From assembly GCA_039024555.1 (NCBI GenBank), contig JBCCQQ010000007.1, forward strand, positions 1 to 64,000: a stretch of 64,000 nt of DNA, in the 5' to 3' direction. Shown here piece after piece: positions 38,995-49,122 of this stretch (position 1 is the first letter of the stretch; each line of letters starts with the position of its first letter). The position numbers were made by a program, and so were the translations under genes. Below the pieces are notes generated by a model that worked only from the letters and a program-made list of their open reading frames with translations, searched no databases and was not told where the DNA came from. This stretch comes from Cyanobacteria bacterium P01_D01_bin.156. Its GTDB lineage: Bacteria > Cyanobacteriota > Cyanobacteriia > Phormidesmidales > Phormidesmidaceae.

Positions 38995-41900
38995 ATGTCT
39001 TCTGCGTCAGTAATGGCTGTGTCCCAGCAGGTTCCAGAATATTTTCTACAAGAAGCCTCTGAGCTGCTTCAGCAAATTGATAATGAGTTGCAAACCCTGC
39101 GTCAAGCCTTTAGCGTCCAAAAGATGCACCGTTTGATGCGAGCAGCTCATACGCTCAAGGGGGCAGCCGCCAGCGTTGGTTTGGATGCCATTCAAAAGAC
39201 GACTCACTCCTTGGAGGATACATTTAAGGCTCTCTGTGCACCAGATAGTATCCTCACATCTACTGTTGAAGGACTTATTTTTGATGCTTATGATTGCTTG
39301 CAACTGTTGCTTTCAGCTCAGTTAACTAATGCTCAAATTGATGAGTCAGCAGTGTTGGATCGAATGGCTAATGTTGTTGTTAGTCTGCAAGAGAATTTAG
39401 GCGATCAGTTCGGTCAGGATGGTTACTTACCCACCTCCAGCGAACTTGGTTTTGATATGACTCAGGCCATTTTCGAGATGGGTGTGGCGCAAAGATTAGA
39501 AACTTTAGAAAATGCACTCAAAGTTCCTGAATCCGAACAGTTAACTTCTCTCCTACAATCTCAAGCAGACGTATTTTTTGGCTTAGCAGAGTCCTTAAAT
39601 TTGTCTGGTTTTGGTGACATTGCCCAAACTACCATAAAGGCTCTGGAAAATCAGCCAGACAAGGTAGTTCAAATTGCGACAATCGCTCTGAAAGATTATC
39701 GGGCAGCCCAGACTAGCATACTTCAAGGAGATCGTGCTCAGGGTGGTGCCCCAAGCATCGCACTCAAAAAACTAGCGCAGCAAGCTTCATCTAAGGTAAA
39801 AACAAAAATTTACCAATCAAAAACATTACAAAAAAAAAGTGAAGGGACATTTAAGACTAATTGGTTTAGAAGAATATGGCTACGGTTTAATAAACCAGTT
39901 GATAATACTCCAATAGTTGACAATAGGCTAAATCCCACATCAAAAAGCGACTCTAAAAATCCTGAAAAAAACTCGACTCTGAGATTTTCTGAACAAGTTA
40001 AAAGCACTCAGCTAGTGAGTACTCAGGCATTAGATTTAGGAAATCAGACGGAAACTAAATCAACATTATTAGAACCAGCTATATTAAATAATCAACAGAG
40101 TGCTAACTCTTTAGAAAAGGCTGTTTTAGAACCCCCTATTAGTCAACTAAATCATGCTCCCAAAGAAAATATAGAGCTTACCCAAACGATTGCATCAATA
40201 AAGGAATCTGAGACATTAAGAGTATCTGTTGACCATCTTGAACGACTGAACCATGTCATTGGAGAACTTTTAACTCAGCAAAGCCGTCAGACGCTTTACA
40301 ATCAAAATTTAACAGCTGCAACAAAGACGCTTTTAATTCGCTTGGAACAGCAGCAGAAACAACTATATAAACTACAACGCCAAGCTATTCAGCCCTCAAC
40401 AGGTGGCTTTCTGACGGAGCAAAAAGATACTGATCTCCCGTTTGATGCTTTAGAATTAGAACATTACACTCAGCAACAGTTACTTATTCAATCAACCTTA
40501 GATACAGTAATTCAGCAGCGGGAAAGTACTGAAACAATTGATGTCTTTCTGCGCCAGAGTTACCAAGCCTTAGAAAAGCAACACAGCCTGATTAACGCCT
40601 GTCGTGAAACCATGCTGGAAGTGCGCATGCAACCACTTAGTTACCTATTTCAGCGCTTTCATCAGGTTTTAGATCGATTGTCTGTCCAATATAGTAAACC
40701 TATTGATTTACAGATTCAAGGAGGTACTGTCTTTGCTGATAAAACTATTGTTGACAAGCTTTACGAACCTCTCCTTCATCTGATACGTAATGCCTTCGAT
40801 CATGGCATTGAAACACCAGAGATACGCCAACAGCAAAACAAGCCTAATCAGGGGCAGATTAAAATTTCTGCTTATCACTTGGGACAACAGCTAGTTATTA
40901 AGCTGCAAGATGATGGTAAGGGGTTAAATCTTGAAGCCATTGGTCAAAAAGCTGTTGATAATCAGCTGATAACACCAACGGAAATACACCAGCTGACATC
41001 GAGCCAGATTAGTAATTTTATCTTTGAACCTGAGCTGTCTACTGCATCCCAGATCAATGAACTTTCAGGACGTGGTGTAGGCCTAGATATTGTTCGAGCT
41101 CAGATACAGTCGCTAGGTGGTCAGGTAACCGTCGCCCATCAATCAGGTAAAGGCACGTGCTTTACGCTTAAGGTTCCATCCAAATTAACGATTGCCAAGT
41201 TGCTCCTCTGTCGGGCAGGACAACAGCTATATGCGTTAATGCCAGATACCGTTAAACAAATTGTTATACCCACCACGGATCAAATAAAAATATGCAATGA
41301 CAGAAAAATCTTAAACTTAGTAATTGATGGAAAAAAACAGCGTATTTTTGTCACGTCTTTATCAGCTACACTAGCCTATAACAATTTGCTTCCTAACCCT
41401 TTGGCAACAGAGGCGTCTGAATCTACAGATGCTCATCCGATTATTTTAATTCACCATAGGAATCGCCTAGTGGGGCTAGAAATAGAGCAGCTGATGGGTG
41501 AGCAAGAGTTAGTTATTCAATCTTTCAACCATTTTGTGAAACTTCCACCTCATATTTGTGGTTGCAGTGTGCTGCCCGACGGTTCTCTTAGCCTAGTCCT
41601 AGACCCTACTTCATTAGTGCTGAGATTTCTTAAGAGGATTTCTCCACACTCAAATCGAGCGCCCCAGGCTTCGACGCAACTAACTGCTGCTAAAGATCTG
41701 CAGGGTTTCTCTCATCTGAAACCTTCTATTCTAGTGGTTGACGATTCTATTACTGTGCGTAATACGTTAACGCAAGAGCTTAACAAGAGCGGGTATCAAG
41801 TTCTACAGGCAAAAGACGGCAGCGCAGCCCTAGTACAACTAAAGAGAGCTAAAATTGCTGCAATTTTATGTGATCTGGAAATGCCTGGGATGAATGGGTT

Positions 41901-42102
41901 TGACTTTCTCAAGGTTCGGCAGAAAACACCTGAAATTGCTGCTATTCCTACTATTATGCTAACTTCTCGCACCGGAGATAAGCACAAACAGCTTGCCCAT
42001 GAGCTTGGCGCTACTGAGTATATGACTAAGCCCTATCTTGTTCCACAGATGTTGCAAACATTAAGTAATGTCCTACAGACAAAACTTCAAGAAAACTCAT
42101 GA
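38995..42102 (+). CDS. cheA: CheA-like hybrid kinase (Hpt-HATPase-CheW-REC; PixL-like)
   Basis: AAHTLKGAA, HLIRNAFDHGIE, DDGKGL, SGRGVGLDIV, C-terminal VVDDSITVR..CDLEMPGMNG. Confidence 0.9.
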   Translation: MSSASVMAVSQQVPEYFLQEASELLQQIDNELQTLRQAFSVQKMHRLMRAAHTLKGAAASVGLDAIQKTTHSLEDTFKALCAPDSILTSTVEGLIFDAYDCLQLLLSAQLTNAQIDESAVLDRMANVVVSLQENLGDQFGQDGYLPTSSELGFDMTQAIFEMGVAQRLETLENALKVPESEQLTSLLQSQADVFFGLAESLNLSGFGDIAQTTIKALENQPDKVVQIATIALKDYRAAQTSILQGDRAQGGAPSIALKKLAQQASSKVKTKIYQSKTLQKKSEGTFKTNWFRRIWLRFNKPVDNTPIVDNRLNPTSKSDSKNPEKNSTLRFSEQVKSTQLVSTQALDLGNQTETKSTLLEPAILNNQQSANSLEKAVLEPPISQLNHAPKENIELTQTIASIKESETLRVSVDHLERLNHVIGELLTQQSRQTLYNQNLTAATKTLLIRLEQQQKQLYKLQRQAIQPSTGGFLTEQKDTDLPFDALELEHYTQQQLLIQSTLDTVIQQRESTETIDVFLRQSYQALEKQHSLINACRETMLEVRMQPLSYLFQRFHQVLDRLSVQYSKPIDLQIQGGTVFADKTIVDKLYEPLLHLIRNAFDHGIETPEIRQQQNKPNQGQIKISAYHLGQQLVIKLQDDGKGLNLEAIGQKAVDNQLITPTEIHQLTSSQISNFIFEPELSTASQINELSGRGVGLDIVRAQIQSLGGQVTVAHQSGKGTCFTLKVPSKLTIAKLLLCRAGQQLYALMPDTVKQIVIPTTDQIKICNDRKILNLVIDGKKQRIFVTSLSATLAYNNLLPNPLATEASESTDAHPIILIHHRNRLVGLEIEQLMGEQELVIQSFNHFVKLPPHICGCSVLPDGSLSLVLDPTSLVLRFLKRISPHSNRAPQASTQLTAAKDLQGFSHLKPSILVVDDSITVRNTLTQELNKSGYQVLQAKDGSAALVQLKRAKIAAILCDLEMPGMNGFDFLKVRQKTPEIAAIPTIMLTSRTGDKHKQLAHELGATEYMTKPYLVPQMLQTLSNVLQTKLQENS

Positions 42103-42566
42103 GTGTAGAAACATCAAAAATCGTAAAATTCATTACCTTTAAAGTCGCTGACTATTGGTTTGTTCTGCCTATGAAGGCAATTCAAAAGATTGTTCATTGT
42201 CCACCTGCTAATGAGGGAGGATTAACGCAGCTGGGTATGGTTCAACTCGGCTGTCATACTGTGCAGTTGCTAGATTTGTACAGTGTATTTGGACTTGGTG
42301 TTGCTGGAAAATTACCGGAGAGTACACCTTTTTTGTTAGTGCTCCGAGGTATCCAAAATACGTTTTGGGGCATTGCTCTCGAATCACCGCCAGATTTGGT
42401 TGAATTACCGCTTAGCGAGTTTCAGACGGTATCAGCCAATCAGCGCTTTGTGCCTAAGAAACAATGGATTAGTCATATTGCTATTCTCTCTGAGGCTAAA
42501 ATTAGTCGCACGTTACTGTTCTTAGATCTACAAGCTGTTTTTCAACCTATGGCCGTTGTGGCGTGA
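42099..42566 (+). CDS. CheW-like protein
   Basis: KFITFKVADYWFVLP..IQKIV...VQLLDL; 4 nt overlap with cheA. Confidence 0.7.
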   Translation: MSVETSKIVKFITFKVADYWFVLPMKAIQKIVHCPPANEGGLTQLGMVQLGCHTVQLLDLYSVFGLGVAGKLPESTPFLLVLRGIQNTFWGIALESPPDLVELPLSEFQTVSANQRFVPKKQWISHIAILSEAKISRTLLFLDLQAVFQPMAVVA

Positions 42567-42586
42567 AGGGATACAGTTGTAACCGG

Positions 42587-43837
42587 TCAGATTTGAGGAG
42601 GAACCGTAACTTCAAAGTGAATGTGATTATCATGACCAGCGGCCCTTCTACATAAGCCCTGAGCTATCAATTCCGGATCGTTGAAATAAAGTGTATTTTT
42701 ATTGACCCACGGCTGTGCTCGAAGTGCTTCAAGAATTGCTTTGGTAGCTGCTTGATCATAAACACCTTTGGTTCCCCACTCGATCTGTCCAAAGCTACCT
42801 CCTAGGCGAGGTAGCGCAATATCTCCAGCATTGCCGGTCTCATGACCATAATGGTCTAAGGTATCACCACCCTCAGGCAAACTCACGTCATTAATGGCAA
42901 TGAGCGCAACATTGGATCGATTTTTGCGATAAGCCAACTCATAATGAATACCCGCTGCACGAATAACATTGCTCATCCAATCAATGCCATAGTCATGGTG
43001 ATCATGTTTTTGCTCAATTACCTCAAAGTTATAAAAGCCGACTCCTCGGCCAGGCATCAACATCCATCGAGGAGCATTAGCAGCTTCTAAAAAACGTTGG
43101 GTTCTACCGCCTACATCTACACGCCCATCCATACCCTGTACAGAGGTTCTACCAGCCGTAACTGCCTGAAACAATCGAACGGCTGCCACTAATTTTTCAT
43201 AGTTTTTGTTGGCAAACGTATATCCCAGAGCAGCTAACCGTTCCCGAACCTGTTGAACATCGTTAGACCGGTTTGTTCCTCCTGAACCCACGCTAGCGCT
43301 CAGGTTTAGCTTTTTAGGCCCTGGATGACTCTCAATATAAGGCGTCACGGTAAGCGTGGTGATATCTGTTGCGCTGCCTACCACTACTCTCAGACGACGA
43401 ACTTGAGGCTTGGATACAGCAACAAAGACGGATTGGATTAACCAATGTTGCTTATCATTTACTGTTCCCCTAGCGGCAGGACGTGAGCTGTTGTCTATAA
43501 ACAACTCTACTGATTTGCCTACTAAGTCTTTACTGGCCGTACCAGCTATCTGATAGGGATGGTAAATCTTAACCTGACTAGGGGCTTTGGTAATTTTGAT
43601 GCCTTTGGGTTCAACGGTAGGGGGGACAGGCTCTGGCTCACTGACACCAGTACCTACCGACACTAGAAAAAATCCAGGGGGTTCATCTCCAGTGAGCCAT
43701 TTTTGCAGCTGTTCAGTTCTAAAAAAGGTTTCACCCTCTACCTGACCGGTATGGGGGGTCTTATCAATTTTTTGAAGGTAGTAAGCACCATCCATAAGAT
43801 AGACGGCCTTGTCGGTTTCCTTAATCCAAGTCCCCAT
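42587..43837 (-). CDS. Peptidoglycan-binding domain + MepA/M74-like Zn murein endopeptidase
   Basis: SVGSGGTN..DVQQVRERL...AVRLFQ...DGRVDVGGRT (PG-binding); INDVSLPEGG...HYGHETGNAGD...HDNHIHFEV; ATG 43837; no signal peptide. Confidence 0.7.
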   Translation of the reverse strand: MGTWIKETDKAVYLMDGAYYLQKIDKTPHTGQVEGETFFRTEQLQKWLTGDEPPGFFLVSVGTGVSEPEPVPPTVEPKGIKITKAPSQVKIYHPYQIAGTASKDLVGKSVELFIDNSSRPAARGTVNDKQHWLIQSVFVAVSKPQVRRLRVVVGSATDITTLTVTPYIESHPGPKKLNLSASVGSGGTNRSNDVQQVRERLAALGYTFANKNYEKLVAAVRLFQAVTAGRTSVQGMDGRVDVGGRTQRFLEAANAPRWMLMPGRGVGFYNFEVIEQKHDHHDYGIDWMSNVIRAAGIHYELAYRKNRSNVALIAINDVSLPEGGDTLDHYGHETGNAGDIALPRLGGSFGQIEWGTKGVYDQAATKAILEALRAQPWVNKNTLYFNDPELIAQGLCRRAAGHDNHIHFEVTVPPQI

Positions 43838-43899
43838 AATGTCTCCAGTGATATTGGTAGATGAGCCGCTTGCCACTATTGGGCTAGGATAGCGTACCC

Positions 43900-44038
43900 T
43901 CAGCCAAGAGCAAGGGGGATTTCAATGAAAAACTGTGTACCGGTATGGTCGATGAGGTTCACACTATATTTTTCCTTAGTGAGTTTCGGTAATAATCTTA
44001 TAGCTAATAGATAGCCCCAAGCCAGTCCCCTTGCCCAG
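43900..44038 (-). pseudogene. Relic C-terminus of a sensor histidine kinase (HATPase_c)
   Basis: Minus strand reads LGKGTGLGLSISYKIITETH*GKI*CE..., then frameshifts to TGTQFFIEIPL: a G2 box with two stops and a frameshift. Confidence 0.8.
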
Positions 44039-44281
44039 GACTGATTCATTGTAGGAGCTGAGCAAATCCTCGTTTGGTTACTTGTTGACTTTGGCAGGAG
44101 GGGCAGTCCATTAGCCTGATAACAGTACTCCATCAGGAGTATATCGAGTCCTATGTACAGAAGACCAATGCCAAATGTTCTGAATGTGCGTACCCAATGG
44201 ATGCTATGGGTAGATGGATTATGATTTTGTTGCGAATAGAAAATGTTTAGAAAGTAGCGTCTATGTAGAAGAAGCTGGCCT

Positions 44282-45733
44282 CTACTGGGCGGTCCAGAGT
44301 TGAGCACTTCGGGGGGTGAGAGTAAAGGTAAATGACTCGCTTGTGATCTCAATGGGGGGAGTTTTTGTCAAAATATCTTGATAAGGGTGAAACCACTTAA
44401 ACCTGGATTGAGTGTTTACGGTAATGGTCTTGGGAATACCACATTTATTGATAGCTCCAATGCCAGCTTGTTCTCGTCGCCATAGCAGCGTGCATGGGTC
44501 TGCGTGAAGTATCTCCATGGAAGTGCCTTGCATTTGATTATGGAATCTGATCATATGAATCATGCGATCGTGATTCCAAACATTCTGCCAGCGACCATTA
44601 TCAATCTGGCCAAAGGGTGGAGGTGCCGTAGTGCCATCGTCAAACACCATAGGGGTACCTCCATCTCTCCCCATGATGTAGGCATAGGCTAGATCTTCAT
44701 CAACGGGATCGAATATTAAAGAGCGAAAAGGCTCATTGTAAGGAATATCGTGGGTTGTTACGACGGTTACAGCCCGGTGATTCTCCAGGGCATTACCTGT
44801 ATCGAAGGGATATGCAATATGTGATAGGGGCTGACCATAGCTAAATGCGGTTTTCATGGCATTTAACAAGGGAAAGTCATAGGCAGCGAACTCTGATGGC
44901 AGTTCTTTTAAGTACGGTTCTAAAAACACATTGTAGGCATGGTCGTTGCTTCCCCCTGCAGTAATAATCTCTGCAAACACGTGAGAGTTCTTAGCCACAT
45001 CCTCAGGAATAAAATAGCGAATTGCATCGTTGGGCATATGCTTAGCCGCATCAATGCGAAACCCTCGCACACCCAGTTCATATAGTGCCTGGACATACTG
45101 TTTTCGCTGCTCAAGTACCCAGGTCTCATCAGGTAATGTATCTCTTAAGTCAGGTAATCCTGGATCATTGTCTGCGCCACAAATTCGTCCTTGGATAACC
45201 TCATTACGGTCGCCGTAGTTGCGAATACAGTAGGGAGAATGAAAATCATGGGAGGAAAACAACCCATGCTCCAAGTTTCCATATAACCGTTGCTTTGCCC
45301 AATAGTTAGCGTCATTGGCATATTGTTGTAGCGTAGCTTGTCCTGGAAATGTAGTAGATGCGTCACGCTCGTTGGCCATGTGATTAACAACTACATCGGC
45401 ATAGGTCCTGACATTGACTTTGGATAAGGCTTCAATCATGGCAATAAAATCCTCTTTATTGCCATCACAGTTTTGAATTACCCGTAGGTCTTGTGGTTGA
45501 TATCGTTGATACCAATAGCATTGGGGGGTAATGGGAGACTTAACAGGAGGCGTGACCAAGACCGCGCCATAGCCAGCTTCGGCAATTTCTGCCGCTCGAG
45601 CAGCTACTGTGTTGTAGCTCCAATCAAACGCATGGAGGATAACGGTGTTTTCCCCGCTAGGTTGTGGGGGAAACACTAGGGGAATAGATACTGCTATGAG
45701 GGCAAGCAAAAAAGTAACTAAAGAGCGAAACAT
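44282..45733 (-). CDS. Secreted alpha-amylase (GH13)
   Basis: Signal peptide; ADVVVNHM, GFRIDAAKHM, FAEII, TTHD catalytic regions. Confidence 0.9.
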   Translation of the reverse strand: MFRSLVTFLLALIAVSIPLVFPPQPSGENTVILHAFDWSYNTVAARAAEIAEAGYGAVLVTPPVKSPITPQCYWYQRYQPQDLRVIQNCDGNKEDFIAMIEALSKVNVRTYADVVVNHMANERDASTTFPGQATLQQYANDANYWAKQRLYGNLEHGLFSSHDFHSPYCIRNYGDRNEVIQGRICGADNDPGLPDLRDTLPDETWVLEQRKQYVQALYELGVRGFRIDAAKHMPNDAIRYFIPEDVAKNSHVFAEIITAGGSNDHAYNVFLEPYLKELPSEFAAYDFPLLNAMKTAFSYGQPLSHIAYPFDTGNALENHRAVTVVTTHDIPYNEPFRSLIFDPVDEDLAYAYIMGRDGGTPMVFDDGTTAPPPFGQIDNGRWQNVWNHDRMIHMIRFHNQMQGTSMEILHADPCTLLWRREQAGIGAINKCGIPKTITVNTQSRFKWFHPYQDILTKTPPIEITSESFTFTLTPRSAQLWTAQ

Positions 45734-46050
45734 AGCAGCCAGAAAATCACAATTTCGATTATGCTAAACCACTGCTAATTTCAAGGTTATCATCGTGAAT
45801 AAACTCTTCAAATTCTAGGTTCTGGAAGAACAGATGGTACATTATCAGAACTAAGGAATTAAGCTTTGATAAGTTCTTGATCTTGGGCTTTCAATTCTAA
45901 GTTGTTATTGCAACTGCACGCTTAGAGCTTATAACTGACTCGTTCCTGAGTGGTTTACTTTTTATAACCTGGTGGAGAGGGCTAATTTTTCCTAGTGATG
46001 CTGGGATAATCAACCATCTCTAATCACAGAGATATTTTTCAGGGTCGCTG

Positions 46051-48156
46051 ATGAGTTTATGCATTAATCCCAATTGTTCTCGCCCCGATCACCCACGCAA
46101 CAGTGAGTCAAGTACCTGTCAAGCCTGTGGAACAGCCTTGGTGTTAGAAGGTCGCTATCGTGTGATGCGGTTGCTAAGCAGCCAAACTGGTTTTGGCACA
46201 GTGTATGAAGCCTATGAGCGAGATGTGCCTAGGGTTTTAAAGATTCTACGACCTGAACATAGCGGTATCCCCAAAATCTTGGCCATGTTTCAGCATGAGG
46301 CTGAGGTCCTGAGTCAGTTACGCCATCCGGGAGTGCCCTTTGTTGAAGCGGATGGATATTTTACGATTACGCCACCCAGTAGCGCCGTGATCCTGCACTG
46401 CATTGTGATGGAGAAAATTGATGGTGTTGATCTAACTCAATGGATGCAGCAGCAGGGGCATCATCCGATTCAGGAACGGCAAGCGATCGCATGGCTAACT
46501 CAGCTGGTTAAGATTTTGGACCAGTTACACTGCAACAGTTATTTTCACCGGGACATTAAACCCCAAAATGTCATGCTGCGCACTAGTGGGCAGTTAGCTT
46601 TGGTGGATTTTGGGGCGGCTCGCGAGGTGACACAAACTTACCTAGCCCAGGTTAGTCGAGGGGGCGTGGCTACCGCTATTAGTTCAGCTGGCTATACGCC
46701 TCCAGAACAGGAACATGGACAGGCTGTACCCCAGTCAGATTTTTATGCGTTAGGGCGCACTTTCATTTATCTGCTGACAGCTAAATCCCCAACCGATACA
46801 GCCTTGTATGATTCTTTGCGCAATCGTTTTGATTGGCGATCCCATGCTCCCAATATTTCAGAAGGTCTGGCAGATTTATTAGATAGTATGACGGCCTCGC
46901 GGGCGATTGCTCGCCCCGCCAATGCCCAAGAGATTTTAGGGCGTTTAGACCAATTAGCCGCGTCAAGGTGCGGGCAGGTAGGTCAATCCTACTTTCCGGA
47001 AACCTCTATGCCCAAGGTTTATTCTGCGACCAATGATGTCTCTACGGCAGGAATTTCTGCTAACGGTGCCACAAATTTGCAGATGGGAATTACTACACCA
47101 TCCTGGCGGACATTGCCGAAGACGATGTTTAGGCCAAAACGACGGTGGTCGCTCAAAGCGATAGGTGTTCTGGGGGGATTTTTGTTGGCTGCAAGCGCGA
47201 TCGCACTTTATCGTTATTCATTTTTAGAACGGGCTTCAATATCCCAAACAGCGGTTGCCCAGGCCGGGGTGCAATTACAACGCACACTGCCGAATCATAG
47301 CAGCACTATTAATGACCTACTGATATTTGTTGACGGACTACGGATGGTGAGTGCGAGTGCCGACAAAACGATTCGGCTGTGGGATTTAACCACGGGACAA
47401 CTTCTACAGACCTGGGACAACCAAAGTAGCTTTGTAAATACGATTTTGCTGAGTCACGATGAGACCCGTCTCTACAGTGGCAATGCTGATGGTTCATTGC
47501 GTAGTTGGGTGGTTGCTAACGGTACCCAACTTTGGCAAAACTCCATGGCCCACCAGGGACCGATTAATGCCCTAACCCGCACTCCCGACGGTCAACAATT
47601 ACTCAGTGCCGGGGCCGATGGCATTATCCATATTTGGCAAGCCAGTACCGGCAAAATGCTGCGTTCCATCGATACTGGTCAAGGGACAATCAACAGTCTG
47701 GTGATAACGTCTGATCGCCGGTACCTCATCACTGGGGGGAGCGATCGCACCATCCGCGTTTGGGATTTTGCCACCGGCAAAGCAGAACGTAAACTAACCG
47801 ATCATGACAGCTTTATCAATGCTTTGGCCATTAGCCCCGATGGACGCTTTTTGTTTAGCGCCAGTGCCGATGGCACCGTCCGCCAATGGCGTATTGAAAC
47901 AGGTAAGCTGCTGAAAACTTTAGTCGGTCACTCCAGCTACGTAAACGATATTGTGTTTAGCCGCGATGGTCGTACCTTAAGTACTGGTAGTGCCGACAAG
48001 ACAGTGCGTATTTGGAATGTGGAAACAGGTGTTGCAGAGCAGGTGATAACAGGGTTCAACATGTTTATCGATCATTTGCTGGTGTTGCCAACGGCGCAAA
48101 TTGTGACCGCCAGCGAAGCTGCATCGACGATTAAAATTTGGCAAGTGAGTCAATAA
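46051..48156 (+). CDS. Ser/Thr protein kinase with 4-Cys prefix, TM helix and WD40 propeller
   Basis: CINPNC..CQACG, HRDIKPQN, DFG, GYTPPEQ, TM segment, seven WD repeats. Confidence 0.93.
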   Translation: MSLCINPNCSRPDHPRNSESSTCQACGTALVLEGRYRVMRLLSSQTGFGTVYEAYERDVPRVLKILRPEHSGIPKILAMFQHEAEVLSQLRHPGVPFVEADGYFTITPPSSAVILHCIVMEKIDGVDLTQWMQQQGHHPIQERQAIAWLTQLVKILDQLHCNSYFHRDIKPQNVMLRTSGQLALVDFGAAREVTQTYLAQVSRGGVATAISSAGYTPPEQEHGQAVPQSDFYALGRTFIYLLTAKSPTDTALYDSLRNRFDWRSHAPNISEGLADLLDSMTASRAIARPANAQEILGRLDQLAASRCGQVGQSYFPETSMPKVYSATNDVSTAGISANGATNLQMGITTPSWRTLPKTMFRPKRRWSLKAIGVLGGFLLAASAIALYRYSFLERASISQTAVAQAGVQLQRTLPNHSSTINDLLIFVDGLRMVSASADKTIRLWDLTTGQLLQTWDNQSSFVNTILLSHDETRLYSGNADGSLRSWVVANGTQLWQNSMAHQGPINALTRTPDGQQLLSAGADGIIHIWQASTGKMLRSIDTGQGTINSLVITSDRRYLITGGSDRTIRVWDFATGKAERKLTDHDSFINALAISPDGRFLFSASADGTVRQWRIETGKLLKTLVGHSSYVNDIVFSRDGRTLSTGSADKTVRIWNVETGVAEQVITGFNMFIDHLLVLPTAQIVTASEAASTIKIWQVSQ

Positions 48157-48170
48157 ACTGGGTATCAACC

Positions 48171-48312
48171 TAAGCCGAGAAATCTTGGCTGGGAGTGAAT
48201 TCGGAAGGCAGAATTCGGAAGGCAGAAAGGCAGGGCACTACTCCGAACTTTGAACTATGATTGCCGTAGGAAAGCTTTTTGCTTTGTGTTGGTGACCAAG
48301 CCATCAGCCATG
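48171..48312. repeat. Dispersed structured repeat, family B, copy 2
   Basis: taagccgagaaatcttggct...gaattcggaaggcagaattcggaaggcag...ctccgaactttgaac...; diverged homologue of 28721-28883, also between convergent genes. Confidence 0.65.
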
Positions 48313-48342
48313 TCTGATTGAACTGCGGATGTACAGTCCCCT

Positions 48343-48885
48343 TCAATCTCCCCCTTTTATGGAAGCTGCTGAGGCCAATATTTCAGCCCCTGAGCGCATC
48401 TGCCCAATGTCTGCCTCCGACCATGCTTTGGTTGCTCGGCAATGGTGGGCAACTAATAACCCCCATAATCCTTGCTCCGTTAATATGGGCACTACCAAAT
48501 TGGCCCGAACGTGTAAGTGTCTAAGAAAGTCACGGTGGCAAGGCTCAATGGCGGCTGTTTCAATATCTGAGATCGCGCTGACTCGGCCTGATAAATACAG
48601 CTCAGCATACTCACTGCTAAAGCACTGGTCTGGTCCAGTGGACCCATAGATGGAGAACTCTCCTGAACTCAAGGCTTCAAAGGTTACCTGACCTTCCCAT
48701 TGAGTGTAAAAATAATAGAGCACGACCCGATCCACCTGGAGAAAATTCCGGATATCGTCAGTGGTACTTTGCACCAGCTGATCGCGCTGCATGCTCTCGC
48801 CCAGACGCCGCAGTATAGAGCGCATAGCGCCTACTTCCGAACTGAGTCGCCGAGTATGGATATCTGGATCAAACTGCGTTGACAT
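48343..48885 (-). CDS. Stand-alone DXCF cyanobacteriochrome GAF protein
   Basis: DRVVLYYF, GPDQCF (second Cys), IEPCHRDFL (first Cys-His), LWGLLVAHHC; no output domain. Confidence 0.8.
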   Translation of the reverse strand: MSTQFDPDIHTRRLSSEVGAMRSILRRLGESMQRDQLVQSTTDDIRNFLQVDRVVLYYFYTQWEGQVTFEALSSGEFSIYGSTGPDQCFSSEYAELYLSGRVSAISDIETAAIEPCHRDFLRHLHVRANLVVPILTEQGLWGLLVAHHCRATKAWSEADIGQMRSGAEILASAASIKGGD

Positions 48886-49122
48886 AGGAATGCAGTACTC
48901 CTCAGCATCCCTTCCCTTTTACCACTTGCTGTAGAAATACATTTGCTTATTCACAGAATCTTAAACCTCGCTACTTATTGCTACGTGAGATCGCTCATAT
49001 TGTGGACTTGTGCATAAATCTATGGGTTCTATTGAATTTGTTGTAGACGAAGAGGTGTAATTTTCAGGCAAACCACCGCGTCAGAGATAATGGCTGTTTT
49101 TTAAGATTTGAAAAACAATATC

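Noticed and set aside
43900..44352. 150 aa ORF as a real gene
   Set aside because: It overlaps the amylase 3' end and has no coherent domain; only its last residues belong to a frameshifted kinase relic
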